This document shows positions 1 to 11,600 of a DNA stretch of 64,000 nucleotides, one piece after another. The stretch is from positions 29,912 to 93,911 of the forward strand of contig NIVC01003516.1 of NCBI GenBank assembly GCA_002269645.1. The letters run 5' to 3'. Positions within the stretch are counted from its first letter, which is position 1. Every line of letters starts with the position of its first letter. The stretch comes from Macrostomum lignano. Its lineage: Eukaryota. A model generated the notes under the pieces. That model saw only the letters and a list, made by a program, of their open reading frames with translations. It did not search any database and had not been told where the DNA came from. A program made the position numbers and the translations under genes.

Positions 1-2633
1 CCCCAGCATATTGGGCTCAGTCACTAAAATAGGTGGTACGATGAAGGAGATTTAAAGAGCTCTCGAGGGGATTGTCCCAGCTTCTGTCCCTCCCAGTGCA
101 GCTTGTACCTGCAGCTAGCTCGTATCTGCAGTTTGCTTGCACCTAATCTGGGTCGCACTGCGCGACTGCCTGCAGCCTCATTGACAGGAAAGGATCATGT
201 GATTGCTAGAACACAAAACAAATAACTGCAGATTGGCCTTCTCAAACTGAAACTGTTAAGCTGTCATTTTTATAGGCAATGCGCCTGTGGACGTCTGAGA
301 CAGCTAGAGACACTTTTTTCCGGCTTCCCTCTCATTTACAGTCGCCCTAATTAACATTTTGTTAAAAGTCGTGGCTCTCGGATTTCAGCGAGACGATTCT
401 ATATAATCTTAGGGATAGGTTGAGAGCTAGTTAGTTCCACTGCCGCTGATCGCTAATGATAGGCTGTAGCCCTGCTATTTTTTTCAGACACAAAAGGAAA
501 ATGCCGAGTTCACAGATTGCTTTAAGTTTAACAAAACATGCAGATGCATCTCGATCTCAGTAGCGCAGTACAAATACGATACGAGCATTGTAAACGCATG
601 TAAGGGCATTAAACTTTTCAAATGTGGTTGTGTTTAAAAGTCGCTACAGGGACAGCTTGCATCACGGTTATTGGGCATTCTCAGCAAGCTTCATTGATCA
701 AATGACTTTAAGAGAGGCTTTTGAAGGGATCAAAGCTAATTTGGTAGGAATATTCTCAGGAACACGCTCAAAGGAAAAAAACGAAACTTTATACTTTTAA
801 ATCGTGATTGCATGGCTAAATGAAGATCGAAAATTACGAGCTAATTTACAGTGCATTCAAAAAGGTACGCGCAATTTATCCTGCATGGTCCTGCATATCA
901 AAATTTAGACACATAAATGTACATCACATGGACAACTAGCGCGCGTTGTCCAATGGTACATCAGTGCCAACTTATGCATCAAATCGTAATTCTGCAGTAA
1001 GTATACATTCTGCGTGTGTAGTACTTGTATTTCTAAATGTACATGTACATGCATGAAGATCTGCGTTGTTGTGTAGTGTACATGTACATGAACATGCAAA
1101 AATTATTACACGTACTTGCATTGCATGTAACTATACAGAAGTTAGTTTACGTGCAATCAACAATGCCTAAATAAATATACATGTAATATAGACACAACTT
1201 TCTGCGGTATAATTTGTATATTTATAGCCTTATTTCTTCATATACATGTACATGTAGATACGTGTGTTAACTGTACTGTAACATGCTATTCATATTTCAA
1301 GCTCTCATATTAAATATTATAAATTTATGAATGATAGACTTAGAATTTCTACAGACTTATCATGCTAATATTATTCTTTGGATTCGCACCGCAAAATATA
1401 AATTATATTTGTAAATTCTTGCAAATTTGTATATTCTAAATTCTAAAATTGAGTCCTGGCTGATTTACGAAAAAATGAATGGGGCTGCTTCCTCAAAGTT
1501 TAAGTATGAATCTAAAGTAAAAATAGTTAGATAGAACAAAGAAACTGATTGTTTACATAATTTTACTTTGGCATAAATGTTAATTGATCCGCAAAGTGAC
1601 ACACTTATCTTATAGCATTTGTTTAACTGAAGTAATTGTCAAGGTAAAATTCGTTGCACACTTTTAATTAAAATTTTAACTTGATATTTTATTCAGTTTC
1701 ACGCCGTCCAATGGCAATAGCATAAAATTGCGTGTAGTAAGAAATTTTGTAAGAGATATTTTCACCACTGGATTTAAACTCATAAATTTTTCACATTTAA
1801 TGTGTATAAAACTATACTATTTTGCTAACTTAACATCGCTCGCTTGTAACTGTTATAGTCAATCAGCAAGGAGTTGAAATTTTTTCGCAGTTTGTATGTT
1901 GGAGTATGTAGGAACTGTAAATTTTAGTTGTACTGATTTTTAAGTAGCGTGCGGATTAAATGATGTATTTCAGAATCCGATAAAGTTGATTCATTTTTTT
2001 ATTCCCCCAAACTGTTTATACACAAGGTTGTTACTGAAAGTAATGGAAATGTAGTGCACTAAAGAGCTCATTGCACATTATATTGAATAGATAAGATAAT
2101 AAATTGAATGGATATTGAATATGACTTATGCCAGCCGTTTCCTTTATATTATATAGTTCTGCAGTTCTTTCTAGGTAAAATAGTTATGAATTTTTTTATT
2201 AAATATAACTACTAAATGAATTGTGCTATCTCAAAATAACATAAATGTAAATATTATGTAAATAACATAATTCAAATTTAGTTGAAAACTCTAAAAATAT
2301 TTAGTTCGAACCATATAGTTACTTTGTCTTAAATTACTAGACAGTGCTTTGTTGTTATGTTCAATATCACAGAGCTGATATTTTATAGATAAACATATCA
2401 TTGTCACTTATCCAAAGTACTTTTTAATTCAATTTTTTATTTCTATTTTTTATTCTGGGAAAGGGGTTTAGAAGAAACTCGTCTTTGTATCACTCTTTAG
2501 TTAAAAATTTGCCTTCTGGTGGGGATCTTGACCCCCCCTCTGTGACCCCCTTGTGATCCCCTGCCTGAAGCACGTGTTATTACTGTATTTCAAATGCTTT
2601 TCACTTCATTTCAGCGCGGCAAAGCTGGTGCAA

Positions 2634-5600
2634 ATGGGCCGGAACAGAAAAAGTGATAGTAAATCTGCGCGCAGCGAAGAGCCAGGTGATAAGGAGCCAG
2701 GCAAGTCACGTGCATCATCATAGTTTGAGCGTTTGCTGGCTTCGTACTTCTTATTGTACCATGACCTTTGTGCCCGCTGGGCACTTATTCTTGTCTTTTA
2801 ATGCCATAGACTACATTTAAGCCCGCTTGCAGGAGTCAAACTTACTTTAATTCAAATTAGCGGGCAGTTAATGACATTTAACGCCCGATTGTCTATTTCA
2901 AACTTACTCTAATGCAAATTAGCGGGCAGTTAATGACATTAACTGCCCGCTAATTTTGTTCCACTTTGTCAAGGACACAAATGTCTATGGCACAATAATA
3001 GTAATACCCATGCTTTGCGGGCGTTAATGGGAAAATCAGAGGGCGCCGTATGGGTATTAATGTACTATTCTTTCAGTCTTTGGTCAGTCGCCTCAGACTT
3101 AATATTTTGCCATTGCTCTTGAAATTTGTCATTTCTTCATTCAAACTTTTCAGAGCCCTACCAGCCCACCGGCAATTTTCAAACGGATTTTGCCGAACTG
3201 TGCAAAGAGGCCGAGATCTGCCGGCCGCCAGCGGTGGTGCTGAGAGCCAAGCGGCCCACCTCGCCAGATAAGGTGAGTCATCAAGCCGCGCAAACTTGTT
3301 AGGAAATGTAGGAAATGTACTGGTTTTGTCAGCCTAACTGAGAATAAAGCCATCCAAAGTGAGAATCCTGCCTACGCTGACTGCGAAGGGCCTGGCTGCG
3401 TGCAGCCTTAGTCTATGGGCCATAGACAATAAAGGACAAGCAAAGTGATAAAAAGCCATCCAATGTGAGAATCCTGCCTAACGGCGCCCTCTGATTTTCC
3501 CATTAACGCCCTTAAAGCATGGGTATTAATGTACTATTAAAAGTTTCTATTCAGACAATCCAGCGCTCTAACAGCTTTATAGGCTTAGCGCTTGAAGTCA
3601 ATACAGCGCAGCCTGTCAATAAAATACGGCTTTGAACTTGATTTTGTACCCAAAATTCTGTAAAAAACTGGGCTAATCAAATCCCCCCGACTGCAATGCC
3701 TTAGGCTTAGACTTTTAGCTACTCTAGAGGGTCCCTTGGTCAGTTGGATAAACAGCTCCCGCAGTCTTATCTAGTTTCTGATCGAATGGCAGTATTTTTA
3801 TGACACTGGCTGCTGTCGAAGAGAATGACTGTCAACTTGATTGGCTTAATAACAATGCTTCTCATTGATGCGTTTAAGAATGTGTAGAACGGTAAAAGAC
3901 GAGCCAATCGTACAAATCATTCAGATCGAGCACGCCCAGGTGCCAGCCGGCAAGAAGGGCAAGGAGGACAAGAAGGCCGCCCAGCAGCAGCAGCAGATGG
4001 TCGAGCCTGAGGAGGAGTCGCCTGAAGAGAAAGGTAAGAAGTGGCGCAGTGCGATGATCTGCTCAGAGCCTTTTGTTTAATCTTTTAGCAAAACTTTAAA
4101 GCTATTTAAGCATAGGACTGCTGGACTTTTCTTAAAACATATCCATAGTCAGCTGGTGTCACCTGTTGAAGGTGCCGACGGTGTCTCGATGACGACTGAA
4201 TGCTTCAGAGACTAGCTGAGGATGTCCTGCAATTAAGGTTTGCTCTTTTGAGGTTTGATCAGAAAAACTTGAGAAATTCGTAATAGGGTGTCTGAAGCAC
4301 CTGGTGCCACGTGTTGAAGGTTCACAAGCTGCGCCAAGCTGAAGGCCAGTGACCAAGAAAGTCAGAGCTGCTGCAGACACATGTGTTCGATGTGCTGATG
4401 AACTTTGTAGGCTTGGCAAGGCGGCACTGAGGCGCAGTGCTGACTGGCGCCCAGGGGGGTGTATTGAATGCACTTGCGCTTTTGGGAAAAATCCTCGACG
4501 GCGACTTGATTCTGATTTTCAGAAGGTGCACAACAAAAATTAAGTCCATGTTCTTAAGTTGCTCCGTTACTCCTTCTCCATGGTAGTTCTACTGTCAATA
4601 CGATGAGTTGTAGTCGGAGGTAAAACGGTCGCGTTAATTTACCTTGGAAATCTGTTGAAGCAAGTATCAGTTCATTTCTTACCCGCGAGTTCGCCACCTG
4701 GTTCCCAGACTCTGTCTTGTCCGATGAAGAGCGGAGACTCGCACTTGACGACTGGGGTAAAAGCTATTACATGTACATCGCATTTTGGCGATTGAGACCT
4801 TGATTAGTTTTTTAAACCCAAACGTTTCCTAAACTGTTGGTAGAGCTTGTGAAAGTTAAAACTGACAATTTTACTAAAACAACCGCGTGTAATATTCATG
4901 GACAACTGGAGTACAAGGACGCTACTATGTTTATTGAGAGCATCCTTATACTTTAGCTTCCATGGTCATGAGCGATTCAATTAACAAAAATCGTGTATTA
5001 CTCGTATAGTTTCATCTGCAAACCCCTTCATTATTCGTACTAACCAAGTTTCCTAGAATCGCAAGTCTCCTGTGGTAAAATATGATTGAAAATCAGGATT
5101 TATTTAGCAATAATTAACTATGGTATTTGCCATTAACTTACTCCCTGTGCAGCCGTGATGGAGCTACTCGGATTCAAGCCGAAGACATTTTCCGTGAAAA
5201 GCCACCTGGAGCTGATGAAGCCGTGCATTCAGGTTGAGATGGACCACCCGGACAGGCAGGACAGCGTCACGGAGGTCTTCATCAAAGATTGGAAACTGCA
5301 GGCGCCGATGCTGCTGACGCTGGGCCGCTGCTTTGAGAAGCTTCAGAAGCTGCACAGCATAAAGTAAGCACGCGGATCAAATTTGTTCATGCGGATACCC
5401 AGTGCCAATGACTACTAAGGACCCCCAGATCCGTTGATTTTGGGAGGGGGGTGGGTGTCAACCCACCCCGCCTCTCATTGGCTGGCGCTCGGCGCGCGCG
5501 CCGCAGGCGCGTGGCGCCAAGCGCCATCCAGGCGCGCCAATCAGGCGCGCCAATCAGGCGCCCATGCCGCAGGCGGCCCTACCGACATGTACACCCTCCC

Positions 5601-8600
5601 CAGCCGCAGGCAACCCTCCCCAGCCGCAGGCGACCCTACCGACATGTATGCCGCAGGCGCACCCTCCCGATATGTACCCCGATATGCCCACCCTCCCGAT
5701 ATGTACCCCGATATGTTTGCCCTCCCTCCAGAGCAGCAGGCGCCCATGCCGCAGGCGCCCCACTCTCTCAAGCCGCAGGCACCCCGAGTGTACACTCTCC
5801 CGAGCCGCAGGCACCCGAGTGTACACTCTCCCATGCCGCAGGCACCCCGAGTGTACACTCTCCTCAGTACACTCTCCCGATATGTAGTCAATGATATTAG
5901 GCTAGTGAAAACTACTTATAGTAGGTGAAATTGAGTATATTTACATAAAAAGTATAAAAAACATATTGGTAGGTGTGAATAATGATGCATAATGCATCAT
6001 ATTAAAATGTACATATTGGAGCATAATAGGAATATGAGCAGCAAAAAACACACAACGTAGGCGCATATTATTGATATATTGACAGAAAAGCAGGTGAAAT
6101 AGACAAAATAATACAAAGCGGGTACTGTAAGCGCTAATAAAACATAGGTGGAAATACACACAAGTATAATAATACAGGAAAATTACATAGCATATAATGT
6201 AGGCAGATTTTAAACATTACATTTTGCATATTAACCCGCAGGCACAAATTTCAATGCATAGGCTAAAACACACACACTGGAAGTTAAGTATAATACAACA
6301 TATGCATGCAAAATTAAGCATATAGGTGCAAAGTAAAATATCCGGCTTCCTAGTAAAGAGACACGCCCCCCGCATTCCTCCCCAGGGCCGGGGGATCCCA
6401 ATGTACAGTGCGGGCGGAGTAACATAGAGAAATTCAATTCCTCCCCAGGGCCGGGGGGATCCTTAGCGGAGTACAGTGCGGGCAGAGAGGAGTAACAGAG
6501 ACCGCCCCAATGTACAGTGGAGGTAGCAGACCGCATACAAAGAGAATTCTCCCCAGGGGGGCTTCCAAATAGGTTTTATTATCTCAAGTGCCGCGCAGAC
6601 AGGGGAATCTCAGTCAGGGGAGACTGTTTAAGGCCTTATCACTCCCGAAAGCCATACGGGCGGCTGCCAGACCCATACACTCGCTTAGTCATGACGCGCT
6701 GGAATGTCTTATCCATCTCCAGGGTCCGAATTGTACAGCTGGCCTTGTCGCGCCTGAACTGTGCCTGGGGCAGCCGTACAGTCCCGCCGTGGCGCAGAAT
6801 CTCCTGCAGCTCCGCCTCCCGCTCGGCAATCTCGGGCGTGACTCGGATGCCCTTGCACTTGAGCACCGAGTACAGCGACCCGTCGGGCTTCTCCACCACA
6901 TAGCGATAGAGCTTGGGGCCTCCCGTGGTGAACTGTACCATGCGGCAGCCGGCAGGTACCTCGTCAGTCCACTGCCCCAAACTCGAACCGCTGGGAGGCT
7001 CGTACTGGCCTGGAGAGCACCGGTATACGACCCTGGGGAGGAGGAGAATAAAGTGTTTAGGGGAGCGAAGCAGACAGACAGACAGTGTGAAAAACTTACG
7101 AATCAGTATCGGCGTAAATCACGCGGGTTCCTAGACCCTCAAGAGCCTCGTACAAGCGCAGACGGGCATGGGAGGTGGTGAAAACTCCAATAGGTACATT
7201 GGCGTACTTGAATGCCCGCTCGCCAGCAACACCAATTCGGGGCTTGTATTCAAGCATCATGAAGCACTCTCCTATTGGCTCGCACGACTTGACTTTGATG
7301 GACGGGTCTGTCAGGCGCTGCAGCCACGCCTCGTAACTGTCCACAATCTCTGTGGAGGTCAAGTCATCCCGCTGGCAGAATTTGCCCAGAGCCTGCAGGG
7401 AAAAAAGATTTAGTATTACTACTGTAAGTAGAAAAACACGGTCCACCACTGTACAAACCCAGACTTACGAGTTTAGAAAAATCTTGGCCACAAAGCGCAG
7501 GCCAGGATTTTCTTCGACCTTTTCCAGCCGGACGCCTTCGCGCTCGAAAAAGCTCGCCATGTAGGCAGTCTTTGCGTCCTCAGTCATCCCCGGCGAACCG
7601 CTAGACTCGGCCTTGAGCTTCAAAAAGGTGTTTACATAATCTGCAAACAGCCCGGTCCGAGTCTCGGTCCAATAGGCCAGGGCATGAACTGACTGCAGCT
7701 TGTATCCCAACTGCAGGGCCTTGTGGAGCTCTGGGGTCGCCCATGTACCGCGGAGCATTCTCTCAGCGTCAGTGTGTGTACACTCGCTGCTGCACTGGGT
7801 CTCCATGCAGACGCGGCAGAGGCCGAAAACCAGCTTCTTGCTAATCTTGGCGGGCAGTAGCGGGATGTGGAGATTGGTCGGCGGCAGAATCGACACCTCG
7901 GCGATACCAAAATACCGGGCCAGCTGCAGCTCATCCAGTAGATGAGGCTCGGGGTGGTGAACCGGGTGCCCGACAGGGTACTTGTCAAACTTGTTGACAG
8001 TCGGGTAGAGCGACACCTAGAGAAAAGTAGTAGGCTAAACTCAAACGCATGTTAACTGTGTGTGTGTGTGTGTGTGTGCGCGCGCATGTGTGTGTGTGTG
8101 TGTGTGTGTAAGAGAAATTTTGAAAAAACTTACCGCATCCCGATAGCGCAGCTCCACAGTCTCGGTGGCCTCGGCGTGCGGGACAAAAGCCTCGGTGCGG
8201 CCGCCAAACAGGGCTTCCTCCAGGCGAATAGGCTGCTGGACTGGCGCTCCCTCGCCCTGATAGTCGTGCTCCCACAGAACACGTACATTGTAGGCAGTGG
8301 AGAGCAGCCGAGTGAAGCGCTCAGTCTCCTCATAAATCGCCCGCATTGGCTGGTTCTTGAGCGGGTGCAGCACGTCGCCGTTGGGGAAGCACTTGGGACA
8401 GCCATGGTAGAAACAGCCATGAAACTGCAGCACAGTCCTACTCTCCGGTCGAAACCGTCCACCTTACGGCCCATGGCGAAAGCCTCGCCGCCAGAGTCGG
8501 CTGTCCGCAACCGGCCGCCAAACTCGGTTGCATTCAAATGTGCAAGCCAGCACCGCGCCTTGTGCGACTGCACATCTGATCGGCGGGAAATCACCCCAAG

Positions 8601-11600
8601 AGTGTTGGGCTCCATAAACTTGGTGGTGAATACAGCCATGGCCAAGCCCGCAATGGTGTTGGATTGGACAAATGCGTCCAGTCCGCAAATGTCCTTAATC
8701 AGGCGGGTGTACTTTAGACAGCCTTCCCGCAAAATTAGCGTGTCCTGCAGGCAATAGTCCAGGTACTCCTTATTGAAATTAAACACTCGGCCCTCCTGCT
8801 TGGCCAGCCAGTCAGCGATGGAGTCGTGCTGCTTATTCTTCTTCCCGCCGTACATATCAATTGAGCAGTAGGGACCTACGTAGCCCCAGTTTTGTGGCTG
8901 ATTGAACACGTGCGGGAAATCTCCTTTGGTCAGTTGGGTGCCCAAACCAAGCGCCTTTGGGAATTGCGCCAGACCAATAGGGATAAAGTTGAGGCTGTCC
9001 TTGAACGTGATCTTGTCGCACTTCATGTACATTAGGCGGCTGTTCTGGAAGATCACCTGCGGCTTCTTCTTGGCCAGTCCGTTGAGTAGGGCGCCGAGCA
9101 GGAGGAATGCGTCATACGCAGAGCCATTGTGCGCAATTGCAATTGCCCCCTGCTTGAACACACTAGTCAGCCAGCAGTAAAAGGCATCGATAGAGTGCGG
9201 CCCGACAGATACAAACTCTCGCATCCCACAGGCACAGTCATTTTGCGAGACACAGCTCGTAAAATCGCGCGCCAAATCGCGTCCCGCAATGCAATTGGCT
9301 GAGCTGTGCAACCCCCCGCACGCGCCGCAGCGGGGCCTGGGGAAGAGTTTGGGACACGCCTCGCAGGAGGTGGCAGCCGTAACCAAGTGTACCCGGTGCT
9401 GCTTGCCAGAGTCCACGTACGTCTCGAAATCATAGTAAACATACGGGGCGCTAGACTCTTTGGCTTTGGGCGGGGTGACAAAGCACTCGTGGGTGGCAGT
9501 TTCGTCGTACTGCTTGCAGACTGGACACTTGGCGTAACCACACTGATGCTCGGGGGCGTGGCCTACTTTCAGTTCTTCTAGATAGCCACACGTGCCGCAA
9601 ACGTGGACTGAATCACAGCGAGATCTGCCCGCCTTATTCTTGCGCTTGTGATTCTCTAGGCACTGAGCATTATAGCAATTTAGACCGCAATCCTGGCATC
9701 TTACATATGCACGGTTGACCTTGCAGTTTGAGCCCGGAGTCTTGCAGGTGCTACAGGCGTCGGCGCACTTGTGCTTGGCGTTGCCGCAATCGTAGGCCAT
9801 CTCGCACTTGGCGCAGTAGTGGTGGCTGCCGAAAAACGCTGACAGCTTGGTGACCACATTGAAGTGCTGCTCAACCAGGTGCAGGTGCAGAATCTCAGTG
9901 CCAGGCAGGTTGAATATGCACGTGTTGGCCTCCTCTGCCCTGTACACTCGTACACCAAAATCGTGGCCTGGATACAGACGGTTCAGGGCCCGGACCGCCT
10001 CGGGCAGAACATCCACCCCAAAAGGACCGGCCTGCGAGACGATTTGATGAGTCTGTGTGGAGGCAAAATATTTATTTTAGTAATCCTTATCGTAAAATTT
10101 CTTATCAGAAGATATATCTTTTAGTATTCCATGATACTGAGTAAAAATTATATCTTTTAGTATTCCATGATAGTGAAATTCTTATCAGGAAAATCAGTTC
10201 ACAACTCACGGTGTAGAGTCCAGCCTCAATTTGCAGCTCAGTTGCCAGCTTAGTCTGCTTGGGCGAATTGGCTCTGATTGTACGCCACACCTGCTCGGTG
10301 ATGCGCTTGGCCACAAATTGCAGGTAGGCGCAGGCCACGACCAGAGCTCGCAGCAGGCATCTCTTGTCCGTGTTGGTGATGCGGACATAGTGCTTGGAGA
10401 AGGCATGCCGCTCCTCTAGATGTTTGTTCTCGAGAGCACATCCACCTCGAGGCACCCAGGCCTTTAGCAGACGGATAGAAAAGTTGCTCGACAGTACGCT
10501 TGCGTCTGACTGCACAATCTTGTCAATGTGCTTAAACAACAACTCTGCTGTCATGCGGGCTGCACGCACCGGAGGAGTGTGGGCTGCTTTGAGCATATTA
10601 TCACTCTCGAATTTAGCCGCCATAAAGTCATCACCAGCCAAATCCTGCTTGAAAACTTCGAGCATGCTGGCAAATGTCTCGCGTAAATCTTCGGTGTCAT
10701 CTAGCTTTACCACATACTCAACACCCTTTGCCCTAAACTTGGGCAGGTCGCGCTGATTATCCAGCCGGGCCGTAAAACCTGTAGGGGGAATGAAGGGGGA
10801 GTGTGAGTCAGCCCGGATCTGCCTGGGGAATAGGGGGGTTGGATAACTCACCCGGTCCGGTAACAGATTCAGGTTGGGCAGGCGGGACAAACGCGTCTGA
10901 AAAAACACAAGGAGATAAAAAACCAGAAGAATCTGTCAATTCGTGGCACCCCAGGATCAGACTCCAACCGACTCATTGTTCACGCTCCCCCCTTGCGCTC
11001 AGGCCCTCTCACCGACACGCTCTGCAATTTTTTTAACCCCAGCCCGCAGCTGTTATCCAGCCCGGCCCGGCTCATTGTTAGCGCTACCTCTCGCACGCAT
11101 GCCCCCCTGCCGAGACGAATCTGCAATTTTTTAACCCTAGCCGCATCCGGCCTGGCTCATTGTTTGCGCTACCCCTCCCGCACAAGCCCTGCTGCTGAAA
11201 CGCTCTGCAATTTTTTTAACCCCAGCCGCATCCCGCCTGGCTCTTTGTTTGCGCTACCCCTCGCACGCATGCCCTGCTGCTGAAACGCTCTGCAATTTTT
11301 TTAACCCCAGCCCGCATCCTGCCTGGTTCTTTGTTTTCGCCCCCTCTCTACTCAAACTCGCATGCCCTGTCGCAGCACTCTGAATTTCCGCATGCTCCTG
11401 CAGCTGTCAGAGCGCCCACCACTTTTTATCTGGCCTGGCTCTTTGTTTGCGCTCACGCATAACCCCTCGCACGCAAGCCCTCCTGTTGAAATGCTCTGCA
11501 ATTTTTTTAACCCTAGCCGCATCCGGCCTGCTCTTTGTTTGCGCCCCCTCCCTACTCAAACTCGTAAGCTCCCTGTCGCAGCACTCTGAATTCTATAGCC

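Noticed and set aside
4159-4549. Short Cys-containing ORFs in LRRC71 intron 3
   Set aside because: No recognisable motif or splice phase that fits; possibly a decayed repeat.
5410-5410. Extending the TIR by one base (G 5410 pairs with C 15111)
   Set aside because: It would destroy the perfect 6-bp TSD, so the extra pairing is treated as chance.
5434-5928. GC-rich ORFs in the TIRs (also 14604-15125)
   Set aside because: They are translations of sub-terminal motif arrays, open in several frames, and differ between the two ends.
8062-8757. 231-aa plus-strand ORF and other antisense ORFs over polB
   Set aside because: Antisense shadows of a GC-rich coding strand; this one starts in a GT microsatellite.
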